DNA of 64,000 bases from Candidatus Woesearchaeota archaeon (lineage in GTDB: Archaea > Nanobdellota > Nanobdellia > Woesearchaeales > ARS49): assembly GCA_016203305.1 (NCBI GenBank), contig JACQMY010000020.1, positions 8,003-72,002 on the forward strand, read 5' to 3'. The notes below the pieces were generated by a model, which ran no database searches, had not been told where the DNA came from, and saw nothing but the letters and a program-made list of their open reading frames with translations. The position numbers and the translations under genes are program-made. Below are positions 36,199-46,009 of the stretch, piece by piece; the stretch's first letter is position 1, and each line of letters begins with the position of its first letter.

Positions 36199-37120
36199 TA
36201 TCTTTCAATTCTCTAACGCTCTTCCAGAAAAAGAACACAAGCACGCCAACAGTTATCGCAGGGCTTCCCCAAACAGGAATGTGTGCGCCAAAAGCCTCGG
36301 CAACCATAAAACTCCCCAAAAACAAAATGCTATACATCGCGCCATTCTTCAAATACTTGTACTTCTTAACCCGCTCAATATTACCAACAGTAAGTTGGCG
36401 AACAGCAATAGCGCCCAAACCATTCCCCAACAAAATCAACGGCAAACTAAAAGTAAAAGCGAAAGCACCAAGAACACCATCAATGCTAAACGTAGCATCA
36501 ATCGCCTCCAAGTACATAATCTTGCTAATATCAGACAAGCTGCCCTTTTCCTTTTCATGCAACAATTGGTGCTCAACAGCCTCAGCATTCTGCTTGAAGC
36601 CATGCACTATAAAGAAAACAGTAGAGCCAACAACAGCAGAAAAGCCCAGAATTCCGCTAATCTTAATCGCGTACCATGTAACAAATGCCAAAATCACAGA
36701 AACAGCAGCGTAAAACCAAACACTATGCCTGTGGAAGAACCTCTCATGATGCAAACCATAATTCTTTGTCTCCATGAAAAGCCAATGGAAAAACAAGAAA
36801 ACCAAGAAAATCCCGCCACCCATCAACAAAACAGGAGAAGACTTCTCAATAATTTCATGAACAGAAGAATCATTCGAAAAGGTAGCAGTCAAAGAACCAA
36901 TAAAGCCAAGCTCAGGAGCAGTAAAGAAAATGATCAACCAAGGCAGCAAGCCACGAATCAAAAACACGGCAACAAGAATGCCCCACACCAAAAACCAACG
37001 ACGCGCCTTCCGCGACATTGTGTTCAACACTTCAGCGTTGATAACAGCATTATCAACACTGCTAACGATCTCGAACAAACACAAACCAACAACGGTAAAA
37101 ACAGCAAGCAGCCATTCCAT
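36188..37120 (-). CDS. TerC/DUF475-family integral membrane protein
   Basis: SVDNAVINA (DN motif) and a repeated multi-TM architecture. Confidence 0.55.
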   Translation of the reverse strand: MEWLLAVFTVVGLCLFEIVSSVDNAVINAEVLNTMSRKARRWFLVWGILVAVFLIRGLLPWLIIFFTAPELGFIGSLTATFSNDSSVHEIIEKSSPVLLMGGGIFLVFLFFHWLFMETKNYGLHHERFFHRHSVWFYAAVSVILAFVTWYAIKISGILGFSAVVGSTVFFIVHGFKQNAEAVEHQLLHEKEKGSLSDISKIMYLEAIDATFSIDGVLGAFAFTFSLPLILLGNGLGAIAVRQLTVGNIERVKKYKYLKNGAMYSILFLGSFMVAEAFGAHIPVWGSPAITVGVLVFFFWKSVRELKDTKA

Positions 37121-37206
37121 ACAACCATTTTCACGTCCACTGTTTAAAAGACTGACGGTCGCACAATTTAAATACCTCTAATGCAACAGTATGACAAAAG
37201 AGGCAC

Positions 37207-38379
37207 ATGAAATACGTCTTTGCATTTTTCATACTGTTACTGGCGGCATGCGCGCCATTCCAAGCAGGAAAAGCAACAGAGTTCAACGACTGCGCGCAAT
37301 TACAAGAAAAACTCGAACAACTAAATGCGCTAAAAGCAAAATACACTGCAGACTGCAGGAATGGAGATTCTAATGCCTGCCTACTAATGCGTGAACAAGA
37401 TCAAAAAATAGGCCAATACGCCTCTGCAGCACGGGCATGCGCAGCAGTTCCGCCTGCACAGCCAGGCATAACGCCTGCAGTGCCACCAACACTCCCTGGA
37501 ATACCTCCTACTCCACAGATACCTGGGCAAACAACCCCTGCTGTACCACCGCCGCCAAGCGTTCCTGAACAAGTAGCTCCAGCAGTGCCACCGCCACCTG
37601 CTGCACCAGGACAAACAACACCCACCCCGCCACCTAGCACTCAACCAGCCCCTATGGCACCACCGCCACCACCAACGCCTGGAACTCAACCATCTCCAAC
37701 TGCGCCCCCACCACCGCCTGCTCCGACAGCATCACGCGCAGACATAACAACCTCACCAGAAGGACCAGTAAGATACCTTCCAGTCACGCAACGCGGCTGC
37801 TCAGCAGACCTAGGAAAATCCTGCGGAAAGTGCGGCGGCATTGTGAAATGCGACGGAACATGCAGCATACAAACCCCTGCAAACATTGACGCGTCATGCG
37901 GCAAATGCGGAGGAAAAATCAAGTGCGACGGAACATGCAGCATACAGACTCCAGCGAACATTGACCAGCCTTGCGGTTGCGGAGGAAAAATCAATTGCGT
38001 AGGAACGTGCACAGACACGCAAACATACAGACTTGGACAGGCATGCAATTGCGGCGTCACCCAATGCGTTAACAATGCCTACCAATGCTCAGGCCCAACA
38101 TGCGCATACCCAAAAACCTGCCAGGCAGGAACGTGCAAGCTGCCCTGCACTGATACAGACGGAGGTAAAAACGCAGCAGTGCGTGGAATTACAACCGGAT
38201 ACACCCGCACCCCCTGGGGAGGACTATCATCCTACCCGCTGACTATGAATGATTACTGCGATGGAGCGTACCTCGTTGAATACTTCTGCCAACAAGGCTA
38301 CGTGGGCCCAGGAGCCATGGACGGCCTGCTCGAACAAGTCAGAATACAGTGCAGGTGCAGTGGCGGAGCTTGTGTTTAA
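37207..38379 (+). CDS. Lipoprotein (lipobox LLLAAC) with a Pro-rich linker and Cys-rich tandem repeats
   Basis: PAVPPPP linker, then CGKCGGIVKCDGTCSIQTPANIDASCGKCGGKIKCDGTCSIQTPANID (direct repeat), then further Cys-rich sequence. Confidence 0.6.
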   Translation: MKYVFAFFILLLAACAPFQAGKATEFNDCAQLQEKLEQLNALKAKYTADCRNGDSNACLLMREQDQKIGQYASAARACAAVPPAQPGITPAVPPTLPGIPPTPQIPGQTTPAVPPPPSVPEQVAPAVPPPPAAPGQTTPTPPPSTQPAPMAPPPPPTPGTQPSPTAPPPPPAPTASRADITTSPEGPVRYLPVTQRGCSADLGKSCGKCGGIVKCDGTCSIQTPANIDASCGKCGGKIKCDGTCSIQTPANIDQPCGCGGKINCVGTCTDTQTYRLGQACNCGVTQCVNNAYQCSGPTCAYPKTCQAGTCKLPCTDTDGGKNAAVRGITTGYTRTPWGGLSSYPLTMNDYCDGAYLVEYFCQQGYVGPGAMDGLLEQVRIQCRCSGGACV

Positions 38380-38431
38380 TCACAATCTTTAAATAAGAAC
38401 TGTGCTCTTTTCCACAAAAAGGTGATTCACA

Positions 38432-38716
38432 ATGGCAACAGCAACAAAAACCAAGGTGGTACCAAAACCAGCCACAAAAACAACAAAAGTCAAAGTCTAC
38501 TCAACACCAACCTGCCCGTACTGCCACGCGGCAAAAGACTTTTTGAAAGAAAATAAAGTTGAGTATGAAGACATAGACGTAAGCAAAAACCAAGACGCAG
38601 CCCAAGAAATGATAGAAAAAAGCGGACAAATGGGCGTACCAGTCCTAGACATCAACGGCACAATAATAGTCGGATTTGACAAAGACGCAATAAAGAAAGC
38701 GCTGAAACTCAAGTGA
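38432..38716 (+). CDS. Glutaredoxin / NrdH-like redoxin
   Basis: VKVYSTPTCPYCHAAKDFL with a downstream GVPVLDING is the classic glutaredoxin fold signature. Confidence 0.8.
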   Translation: MATATKTKVVPKPATKTTKVKVYSTPTCPYCHAAKDFLKENKVEYEDIDVSKNQDAAQEMIEKSGQMGVPVLDINGTIIVGFDKDAIKKALKLK

Positions 38717-38738
38717 TACGCGTTAAAGTTGAATTAGT

Positions 38739-38927
38739 TCAGCCAGTTTTGTAATTGTCCCTTCTTACACGTTCCTTGTACGACTGCTCTTTTGCGGGAG
38801 GAACGTATGACTCTTTCTTTAGCAAAGCCAGCGCTTCCTCAGTTGCTATCTCCCAGCGCAAATCATCAAGCATGCGTTCAAGATCAGGATTATGGCAACA
38901 CCACGGGCGTAAATGACGGTCACTCAC
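38739..38927 (-). CDS. Small hypothetical protein (62 aa)
   Basis: ORF only. Weak call. Confidence 0.2.
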   Translation of the reverse strand: MSDRHLRPWCCHNPDLERMLDDLRWEIATEEALALLKKESYVPPAKEQSYKERVRRDNYKTG

Positions 38928-39048
38928 ACATTACACAAAAAGACTCTTCTTTAAAAACACTATGACTTATTTCTCAGCCCAACGCTAGACCTATCAAAAG
39001 GTTAATTGTTCCAAAACACTTAAAAAACCCAACAGCATTGTCCTATCA

Positions 39049-39103
39049 AAGAGGCATCGCCACTTCGTGGCGGGTCTCATTTTTGAACCAAAAATGAGGT
39101 GAT
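39049..39103 (+). promoter_or_regulatory. Conserved structured 5' leader, copy 1: UUCG-tetraloop hairpin plus an SD-sequestering hairpin
   Basis: agaggcatcgccacttcgtggcgggtctcatttttgaaccaaaaatgaggtga. CGCCAC-TTCG-GTGGCG and CTCATTTTTG-AAC-CAAAAATGAG form two stems, and the 3' arm of the second stem overlaps GAGGTGA (SD) 5 nt before the ATG at 39107. It is near-identical to 52075..52127. Confidence 0.5.
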
Positions 39104-39106
39104 ATC

Positions 39107-39313
39107 ATGAAAAAAACAATAATCACTGCATTAGTCGTAGCGATATCCGCACTAAGCGCAGCAGCACAAACAGGAGACTGGGGAATGATGGGCGGCTCGA
39201 TGTATTACTCGCCATGGAAAGGATTCCTCACAGGAGCGTTCTTCCTAGGACTAACACTCGTCGTCTGGCTATGGGCATACAAGCTCTGGAAAGAAATCAG
39301 AAGAATGAAATAA
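39107..39313 (+). CDS. Small secreted/membrane protein (68 aa)
   Basis: Signal-like N-terminus, GDWGMMGGSMYYSPW, then a TM helix. It has a good SD. Confidence 0.5.
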   Translation: MKKTIITALVVAISALSAAAQTGDWGMMGGSMYYSPWKGFLTGAFFLGLTLVVWLWAYKLWKEIRRMK

Positions 39314-39315
39314 GT

Positions 39316-39966
39316 TCATTTTTCTATTTTAGCAGCTTTTGCAAAACCCTGACGTGCCAAATAACTGCCAAGTTCATCCCAAGAAGCAACATCTTGGCTC
39401 TCTTGATATTTGCGCAACCGTGGAAGTTCGTCCCTGCCTAACGCACCAACCCAAGAATCCTGCAAAACCTTATCCTTCCGCACCCAGTCATCCACCATGT
39501 GCGGAGCAGGAACAACCCGCGCGTCACCTTGCAATTCTTTCAACAAAGTCATATAAGCACGAACCTGATGATAGCCAGCAGTAACCAACAAAGCACTCTT
39601 CCAACCATTCTCCTTCATCCTCGCAACACTCTTCAACGCCTGAGACTTCGTGCCAAGACCATCATTCTCAGCATCAGCATAAACGATGCTTTTCGGGACA
39701 TCCTCTGCAGCCAAATAATGTGCATAACACTCAGCATCCGCACCAGGATTTTGCTTCCAAGAATAACTATTACACCCGAAAATATCAATACGCGGAGCAA
39801 GCCCATCCCGCCACAACTTAGCAGCACGATCGCACAAACGCGTACCATACCCAGTCCATAACAAAATCACATCAGCCCTTTCAGGAGTTTGCTCCAACAC
39901 GCACTCGGCTAGAGCACACTCCAACGAATCCGAAAACACAACCGGCAATACTTGATGAAAGTTCAT
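39316..39966 (-). CDS. DUF218 (YdcF/ElyC-like) domain protein
   Basis: ADAENDGLGTKSQALKS and LLVTAGYHQVRA match the DUF218 conserved blocks. The start is MNFHQV at 39966. Confidence 0.5.
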   Translation of the reverse strand: MNFHQVLPVVFSDSLECALAECVLEQTPERADVILLWTGYGTRLCDRAAKLWRDGLAPRIDIFGCNSYSWKQNPGADAECYAHYLAAEDVPKSIVYADAENDGLGTKSQALKSVARMKENGWKSALLVTAGYHQVRAYMTLLKELQGDARVVPAPHMVDDWVRKDKVLQDSWVGALGRDELPRLRKYQESQDVASWDELGSYLARQGFAKAAKIEK

Positions 39967-40030
39967 AGTTATTCGCATTTCGCGCCAACACGCTACATTT
40001 ATAAATGATTCGTAGGCTTTAACAGTCCAA

Positions 40031-40104
40031 GGGCGCGTAGCTCAGCCTGGTAGAGCACATCGTTCGCAACGATGGGGCCCCGAGTTCAAATCTCGGCGCG
40101 TCCA
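40031..40104 (+). tRNA. tRNA-Ala (anticodon CGC)
   Basis: GGGCGCG/CGCGTCC acceptor stem with G3:U70, anticodon loop TTCGCAA, T-loop TTCAAAT, discriminator A, no encoded CCA. Confidence 0.85.
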
Positions 40105-40255
40105 CTTCGTCAACAACCATTCGCTAAAGCGAGTGGCGTGATTGACGAATGTCAAAGGCGAGACATCATGGCTCGCGGTTGTTGAGCGTGCTCGGAAATC
40201 CTGCGCCTATCCACAGGCCAAAGCCCACGATGTCCGCGCAGAGGATTTCCGACAC

Positions 40256-41008
40256 ATGAAGCTCGTCTCTTGGAACGTCGCAGGAATAAAAGCCTGCATA
40301 AAAAAAGGACTATTTGATTTTGTGCAAAAAGAACAAGCAGATGCTTACTGTTTCCAAGAAGTAAAAGCATCCCCAAAAGACACAACAATAACGTTCCCCG
40401 GATACCACTCACATTGGCAACTGGCAGAAAAAAACGGATACAGCGGATTGTTAACCCTCACAAAAAACAAACCACTTTCAATTACTCAAGGACTCGGCGA
40501 GAAAACCATCGATGCTGAAGGTAGAGTGTGCACGCTAGAATTCGACAAATTCTTCCTCATCAATGCGTACTTTCCACACGCGCACAGAGAACTCCACAGG
40601 CTACCATACAAACTCCGGTTCAACAAACAATTTGAAACACACTGCAAAAAACTAGCAATAAAAAAACCAGTCATCATCGCCGCAGACTTCAACGTAGCAC
40701 ACCAAGAAATCGACCTAAGAAATCCAAAACAAAACCAAGGAAATGCAGGATTTACCGCAGAAGAACGAGAATGGCTTGACCAATTCCTAAAGTCAGGCTA
40801 TGTAGACACATTCCGACACTTTGTAACAGAAGGCGGACACTACACCTGGTGGACATACCGCAACAACGCACGACAAAGAAACATCGGCTGGCGCATCGAC
40901 TACTTAATTGTGAACAAAGAACTAATAGAGTGCGTGAAAGAAAGCAACATACTCAAAGATGTAGCCGGATCAGACCATTGCCCGATACTCCTGGACATCA
41001 AACTATAA
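40256..41008 (+). CDS. xth: Exodeoxyribonuclease III / AP endonuclease
   Basis: MKLVSWNVAG...QEVK...GSDHCPILLDI matches the Xth/APE1 family. The ATG at 40256 is preferred; the track ORF start at 40142 would begin 38 nt after the tRNA. Confidence 0.85.
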   Translation: MKLVSWNVAGIKACIKKGLFDFVQKEQADAYCFQEVKASPKDTTITFPGYHSHWQLAEKNGYSGLLTLTKNKPLSITQGLGEKTIDAEGRVCTLEFDKFFLINAYFPHAHRELHRLPYKLRFNKQFETHCKKLAIKKPVIIAADFNVAHQEIDLRNPKQNQGNAGFTAEEREWLDQFLKSGYVDTFRHFVTEGGHYTWWTYRNNARQRNIGWRIDYLIVNKELIECVKESNILKDVAGSDHCPILLDIKL

Positions 41009-41635
41009 CCGTTTCTTAACACCAGCTTTTGGACACAACTTATTCACCGGACACTTGCTGCAATAAGGATCAGGAGCAGCACAAGCAGCTCTTCCATGTG
41101 CTTTTAGAACGTGCGGAAGCTTGTCCCACTCAGACTTTGGAAACAACTTCATCAAATCAGCCTCAACTTTCTCAGGATTAGTATTCTTCGTCCAGCCCAA
41201 TCTGAAAGCGACACGCAAAACATGAGTATCACAAGGAACACCAACAATAATGTCATAAGCGTTTTGTAAAATAGCATTAGCAGTCTTGCTACCAATACCC
41301 GGAAGCTCTGTCAATTCCCCCATATTCTTCGGCACCTTGCCACCATGCCTTTCAACCAAAAGCTTACACGCAGCGACAATATTCCTCGCCTTGTTGCCAG
41401 CAAAAGAAACCTTGCCAATGAACTTCAATAGGTCATCAACAGAAGCACCAGCATAATCATCAGCCTTCTTGTACTTTGCAAATAATGTTTGAGTGGCAGC
41501 ATTAACAACCTCATCCCTGACCCGTGCAGACAAAATGGCAGCAACCATTAAGTCGAGAGGAGTTTTGAAATTCAAGTAATACTTTGCATGCGGATAAGTT
41601 TTTTTCAGAATCTTCCAAGCTTCAATGTTTGCCAT
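41003..41635 (-). CDS. nth: Endonuclease III (DNA glycosylase/AP lyase)
   Basis: HhH-GPD motif (LPGIGSKTANAIL) and a C-terminal C-x6-C-x2-C-x5-C 4Fe-4S cluster loop. Confidence 0.9.
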   Translation of the reverse strand: MANIEAWKILKKTYPHAKYYLNFKTPLDLMVAAILSARVRDEVVNAATQTLFAKYKKADDYAGASVDDLLKFIGKVSFAGNKARNIVAACKLLVERHGGKVPKNMGELTELPGIGSKTANAILQNAYDIIVGVPCDTHVLRVAFRLGWTKNTNPEKVEADLMKLFPKSEWDKLPHVLKAHGRAACAAPDPYCSKCPVNKLCPKAGVKKRL

Positions 41636-41636
41636 G

Positions 41637-42977
41637 CTAACGCTTCACGAGAATTTGCGAAGCAACAATTGTTGCATTGGCAGGCCTTGGCATCTGGCGA
41701 ACGGGTTTTGAGACTCCTGAAGGAATAATCGGTCCTCTGACAATGGCTGGTGCGGTTTGAGGAACAGTAACTCTTGTCGGGTAGAGCATTGCGGGTGTTG
41801 AAGGCATGCACCTACAAACTCTGTCGCATACACCTATCTTTCCATCCGACAGAGCACATCTTCCTCCCGGCGGATCACATTGCTCGCCGATGTCCGGCAC
41901 TTGATTGCCACACGCGCCAGGAGTTATTCCTGTCACCGGCCTTCCGGTGCACATGCACGTGCGGGAACACGTGCCCCAGCTACCCTCAATAGTCATGCAT
42001 TCCCTGCCCGGAGGGTCACATTGTTCAAGACTGTCTCTTCTTCCGTCACCACATCTTGTCACAGTCTGTTGGCATTTGCAATCCCTTGAGCATGTGCCCA
42101 AAAAGACCTGAAGCGAAGTGCAAGCACTTCCCGGGGGGTCGCATTCCTCATTGCCCTCCCGTTGTTGGTTTCCACACCTTGGTCCAGGTACACACGCGCA
42201 CGCATTATTGCACGTCCCCTGCTCGCCAGCAGCAGTAACGCATCCGCCTCCAGGAGGATCACACTGCTCTCTGCCAGAAACCTGACGGTCACCACAGAAT
42301 GGAATTGAGGTCAAGCACGTGCAAAACTGTGAGCATACACCCTTGACTCCCTCCTTGGTGCACGCGCCATTTGGCGGATCGCACGTTTCACCAGCGTCAA
42401 GCCGTCCGTCACCACACCTGCCGCCCTGAGGAACGAAACACCCACACATCTTGCTGCACACGCCCCATTCACCTCTCCCAGTAAGACAGCGCTGTCCCGG
42501 AGGGTCACACTCCTCGCCTTGATCAACACGAGCATCCCCACACCTTGGTCCAGGCAAGCATTTACACTGGGCGCTACAAGTCCCAGGCTGAGCAGCAACT
42601 CCCAAAGACAACCTCTGAACCGTACAGTCTGCGCCGGGAGGATCACACTCCTCCCACGGATTCAAATTATAATCACCACACGTGCCTTCCTCTGTCTTAA
42701 TGCAGGCAGCACCTGTCTTCAGTTCCTTACACCCTGCGAAACCATACTTTGTACAGTCAAACGCTTTGCCCGTAGCAATCCCCTTTGCGCAAAAAGCCTC
42801 CTTTATTGTTTTGCCATCAACACATTCATCACGTGCAACCAGTTTACCAGCAGCAGCCCAGCCCGGCAATCCAAGAGAAGAAACTACATTCATTGAGGAA
42901 CTATCGCTGTCCATGCACCCATTTTGCGCGAGCACTGGAACAGCCAGCACAAACAGCAGGGCAATCAACGCTTTCAA
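41637..42977 (-). CDS. Secreted protein made of about 8 Myxococcus-type cysteine-rich repeats (C-G-D-x-R-x-D-x-G-E-x-C-D-P-P-G), in a GC-rich segment
   Basis: Signal peptide, then repeated RCGDARVDQGEECDPPGQRC / RCGDGRLDAGETCDPPNGAC / FCGDRQVSGREQCDPPGGGC and so on. Local GC is clearly above the genome background. Confidence 0.65.
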   Translation of the reverse strand: MKALIALLFVLAVPVLAQNGCMDSDSSSMNVVSSLGLPGWAAAGKLVARDECVDGKTIKEAFCAKGIATGKAFDCTKYGFAGCKELKTGAACIKTEEGTCGDYNLNPWEECDPPGADCTVQRLSLGVAAQPGTCSAQCKCLPGPRCGDARVDQGEECDPPGQRCLTGRGEWGVCSKMCGCFVPQGGRCGDGRLDAGETCDPPNGACTKEGVKGVCSQFCTCLTSIPFCGDRQVSGREQCDPPGGGCVTAAGEQGTCNNACACVPGPRCGNQQREGNEECDPPGSACTSLQVFLGTCSRDCKCQQTVTRCGDGRRDSLEQCDPPGRECMTIEGSWGTCSRTCMCTGRPVTGITPGACGNQVPDIGEQCDPPGGRCALSDGKIGVCDRVCRCMPSTPAMLYPTRVTVPQTAPAIVRGPIIPSGVSKPVRQMPRPANATIVASQILVKR

Positions 42978-43201
42978 AGCATCACCTTTTTTTCAGACAG
43001 AATGGATTTTTCCTTATAATACTTCCGCAACAATGCATCTTTTTCAATACACCGGAAACCCTCTGCGCGGAAACCGATTCAGCCACGCAGAAGAACTGTT
43101 TATAGCGACAAATTTTAATAATCGGATAAACAGAGTAAAGTTTGTCGAATATAGTAATCGAAGACAACATCCGAAAATTAAAGTCGATTACTATAAAAAC
43201 A

Positions 43202-43636
43202 TTATGACATGCGTTTCGCCCACGACAAAAGCTCGTCAACACTTCCAAACAAACAACTCAGCGGACGCTCAACCATAGGATTATTGCCAGAAGGCAACAA
43301 CTGCCGAGGATCAGTACGCAAACCAACACACACCTTGCCCAAAGCATGCACAAACCCAAGCTCAAAAGCAGCACCCTCATCCACAGAACGACCATCAAGA
43401 ACAATTAACAAAAAATCACAATCCTTCATAGCCTTAACATCCGCATCAAACACCCTTCTCGCAGCTTCCTCAGCAGAAACACCAGACTTTATCAAGTCCA
43501 CCAGTAAGCATCCATCATCCTGCGGCAAGTAAACAACAAAAAACTCCTCCAAAAGCCGCTTAAGCTTCACATTAAACTCCCGTTCGGCAACACTAAACAA
43601 AGGACCAGCAAGATAGAGATGGGGTTTTTTGACCAT
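43202..43636 (-). CDS. Nucleoside 2-deoxyribosyltransferase-like protein
   Basis: HLYLAGPLFSVAERE...D and VDEGAAFELGF fit the NDT family (PF05014-like). The start is the ATG at 43636. Confidence 0.55.
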   Translation of the reverse strand: MVKKPHLYLAGPLFSVAEREFNVKLKRLLEEFFVVYLPQDDGCLLVDLIKSGVSAEEAARRVFDADVKAMKDCDFLLIVLDGRSVDEGAAFELGFVHALGKVCVGLRTDPRQLLPSGNNPMVERPLSCLFGSVDELLSWAKRMS

Positions 43637-43695
43637 TTGAAGAAGAATCAAACAAGGCATTTATATTAATTCTGTAACCTTCGGGGTGCCATAAA

Positions 43696-43769
43696 TGGAC
43701 AGGCGGGGATTTGAACCCCGGGCATCTCCGCTGCCAGCGGAGCATTCTACCGAGCTGAATTACCTGCCC
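43696..43769 (-). tRNA. tRNA-Ala (anticodon GGC)
   Basis: The reverse complement gives GGGCAGG...CCTGTCC acceptor stem with G3:U70, anticodon loop CTGGCAG, T-loop TTCAAAT, discriminator A. Confidence 0.85.
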
Positions 43770-43806
43770 GTACTAGAGAATATGGCAACGCGGCCGGTTT
43801 AAAAAG

Positions 43807-44487
43807 CTACCGTGCACCAACAGGAACTCTGCGCTTAAGCATTTCAACCATCTGGGTTTCAAGCTCTTCAATCATTGCTCGCTGGTCAAAACCAGCTTTA
43901 AGCCTGGCAAGATGATCGCGCCATTCGGCAACAACCCGCATGCCGTCAGGGCCAAGCGTTTCACAACGCGCAGCAATACTAATCTGCGGATTAACAACAA
44001 ACGCTTCAGGCAACATTTTACTTCTCAAATTTCTTCCTGCTTCGTACTTTGTCAGACGAATGCCAGCAAAAGTGTCCAATAGCCCAATTCGTTGCTGAAT
44101 TTTCCTCAAATCAGCCTCAAAACGAACACGCATGTGCGGCAACTGTCTCATAGTCTCCTTGCGAATCTCGTGAGCAACCCTCAAAAAAGCAGTCTGGCCA
44201 GCAGCACTCTTCTGCATTGCGTCAGCATACATGTTGACCTTTTTCTCCATTTCAGCCTCGTGCCCTTCAGGCGCGAACAAAACCAGCTTTGAAACATCAT
44301 CAACAGAAGTATCTCTGACAGCTTCAACTGCCTTATTTAAACAGTCCCGCAAGCCAGGACCAGCCGCCTCTTTCAAATCCTTGCGCAACTTCTTAAAACG
44401 CTCCTTAGCAGCAAGCACCTTTGCAGCAATATCCTCGGAAGCCTGAACCTCAGCAGATTTGCCCAAAAACCATTCACGCAATCCCAT
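43807..44487 (-). CDS. Hypothetical protein (226 aa), moderately GC-rich
   Basis: Intact ORF. No family recognised. Confidence 0.45.
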   Translation of the reverse strand: MGLREWFLGKSAEVQASEDIAAKVLAAKERFKKLRKDLKEAAGPGLRDCLNKAVEAVRDTSVDDVSKLVLFAPEGHEAEMEKKVNMYADAMQKSAAGQTAFLRVAHEIRKETMRQLPHMRVRFEADLRKIQQRIGLLDTFAGIRLTKYEAGRNLRSKMLPEAFVVNPQISIAARCETLGPDGMRVVAEWRDHLARLKAGFDQRAMIEELETQMVEMLKRRVPVGAR

Positions 44488-44493
44488 CTTTTT

Positions 44494-45108
44494 TTACCTC
44501 AAATACTCTGGAATACCAATATGTGAGAATTCCTTTAATAATCCTTTGCCATGCATCAACCTGGAAAAAGCCTCAGCCTCCATCTTCGCATCAGTCAAAG
44601 CATGATGCGGCTTAGGCAGCCCAGGCAAGCCAACATAACCCAACGTCCGGTCCAAGTTCAAACCAGAGATGCTATTCTTCAAAGCAGGACGCAAACCTCT
44701 CCTGCGCATGTGCGCTTGGGAAATAGAATGCAAGTCTATCAAACGATGACCAAAAAACCAATACAAACCCTGACGTTCCATGGTAACCTTCAAAAAATTA
44801 TGATCAAAACCAACACACTCCCCAGCAAGAGTACGCTCCTCACACTCCTCAGACCATTTCACAAACTTCTCCAACAACTGCCTAACAGACTGCTTGCTAA
44901 CATCACGAATCTGCTGCTCAGAAAAACCATTCACCATCAAAGCATCCAGTGCAACAGCCGCACCATCATCAATACGACATTCCTCGTAGAAAAAATTCTC
45001 CGGATTACAAAAATCAACAGCACCAACACTCAACAAACAATGCCTATAAGGATCCAAACCAGTAGTCTCAATGTCAACAACGATCATTTTGACCCTCAAA
45101 GTCAACAA
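44494..45108 (-). CDS. DEDDh-family 3'-5' exonuclease (DnaQ/RNase T-like)
   Basis: VVDIETTGLDP (Exo I), FDHNFL (Exo II) and HHALTDA (Exo III with His). Confidence 0.7.
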   Translation of the reverse strand: MLTLRVKMIVVDIETTGLDPYRHCLLSVGAVDFCNPENFFYEECRIDDGAAVALDALMVNGFSEQQIRDVSKQSVRQLLEKFVKWSEECEERTLAGECVGFDHNFLKVTMERQGLYWFFGHRLIDLHSISQAHMRRRGLRPALKNSISGLNLDRTLGYVGLPGLPKPHHALTDAKMEAEAFSRLMHGKGLLKEFSHIGIPEYLR

Positions 45109-45973
45109 AGCAATGACCTAAATTCCTTTTCAAACAATAATCTTTATTATGCACGTGCTCGCCACTTGAGAACAATTTGCACAATTCTACTGCGCGCAGC
45201 CGAATGCTTTCAGGCAATGAATGACGCTCCCGCGAACCACTCAAGCCAGTCCCTAAGCGGTCAACAAGATCTGTTATTGCTATTCCTTTGTCCAGGAGGC
45301 TTGGCGCTTGCTGCAACTCATCATACTCGTTTCGCACAATACGTGCGCCATTCTTCAAATAAGCCGGCGCACCAGAAGCATCATAAGCCTTGCCGTCAAC
45401 AATAATCCAACTCTGTCCATCATACTGTGCTTTCTTCCTTAAGCGCAAGACTCTATCAAGAATGTCCATGTCCCACCCTTTTAAGCGCAACAAACCATGA
45501 ACTTCATAGGTCTTATTTCCATACCGCTGCGCGTGTCCAGCAACAACACCCCCATCAACGCGCACCCCCCAATGTCTTTCCTCTTTAGCGCTCAGCCCAA
45601 AACTCTGCAACACGTCCATCACACAACTCCGCATTCTCTTATAGGGAATGTGCGTTGGAACCTCCTCTGTTGCATCATGTTCAAGTCTGCCAAACAAACT
45701 ATATCCTAAAGTGTGCTCATCAACGTATACAGCGGACCCGCTTGAAAAGCGACGCGTGACATCAACTTTGCCAAAAGCAGATTCTCTGACATCACTTACA
45801 TCCTGGTGCTTGCTCAAAATCATACCAGGTCTAGAGAAAAAATACAAGCGCACAATTTCTTCATGCACTCCATCGCGCACGGCCTCAAAGCACGCCTCAT
45901 TTATTGCCAAATTTTCAGCAGCAGGACGAGAAGAATCAACAACGCATAACTTGCTTCCATTCATAGAATTCAC
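45074..45973 (-). CDS. lplA: Lipoate-protein ligase A family protein (BPL/LPL catalytic domain)
   Basis: VTRRFSSGSAVYVDEHTLGYSL matches the RR..GGGAV(Y/F)HD motif of LplA/LipB. It overlaps the exonuclease gene by 35 nt. Confidence 0.6.
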   Translation of the reverse strand: MNSMNGSKLCVVDSSRPAAENLAINEACFEAVRDGVHEEIVRLYFFSRPGMILSKHQDVSDVRESAFGKVDVTRRFSSGSAVYVDEHTLGYSLFGRLEHDATEEVPTHIPYKRMRSCVMDVLQSFGLSAKEERHWGVRVDGGVVAGHAQRYGNKTYEVHGLLRLKGWDMDILDRVLRLRKKAQYDGQSWIIVDGKAYDASGAPAYLKNGARIVRNEYDELQQAPSLLDKGIAITDLVDRLGTGLSGSRERHSLPESIRLRAVELCKLFSSGEHVHNKDYCLKRNLGHCFVDFEGQNDRC

Positions 45974-46009
45974 AGAATAAAGCCTCTTTAAAAAAATGAT
46001 TGTGCTACA

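Noticed and set aside
36281-37147. 288-aa + strand ORF rich in Asn/Gln/Lys
   Set aside because: Antisense to the TerC-like membrane protein gene. Composition is non-protein-like.
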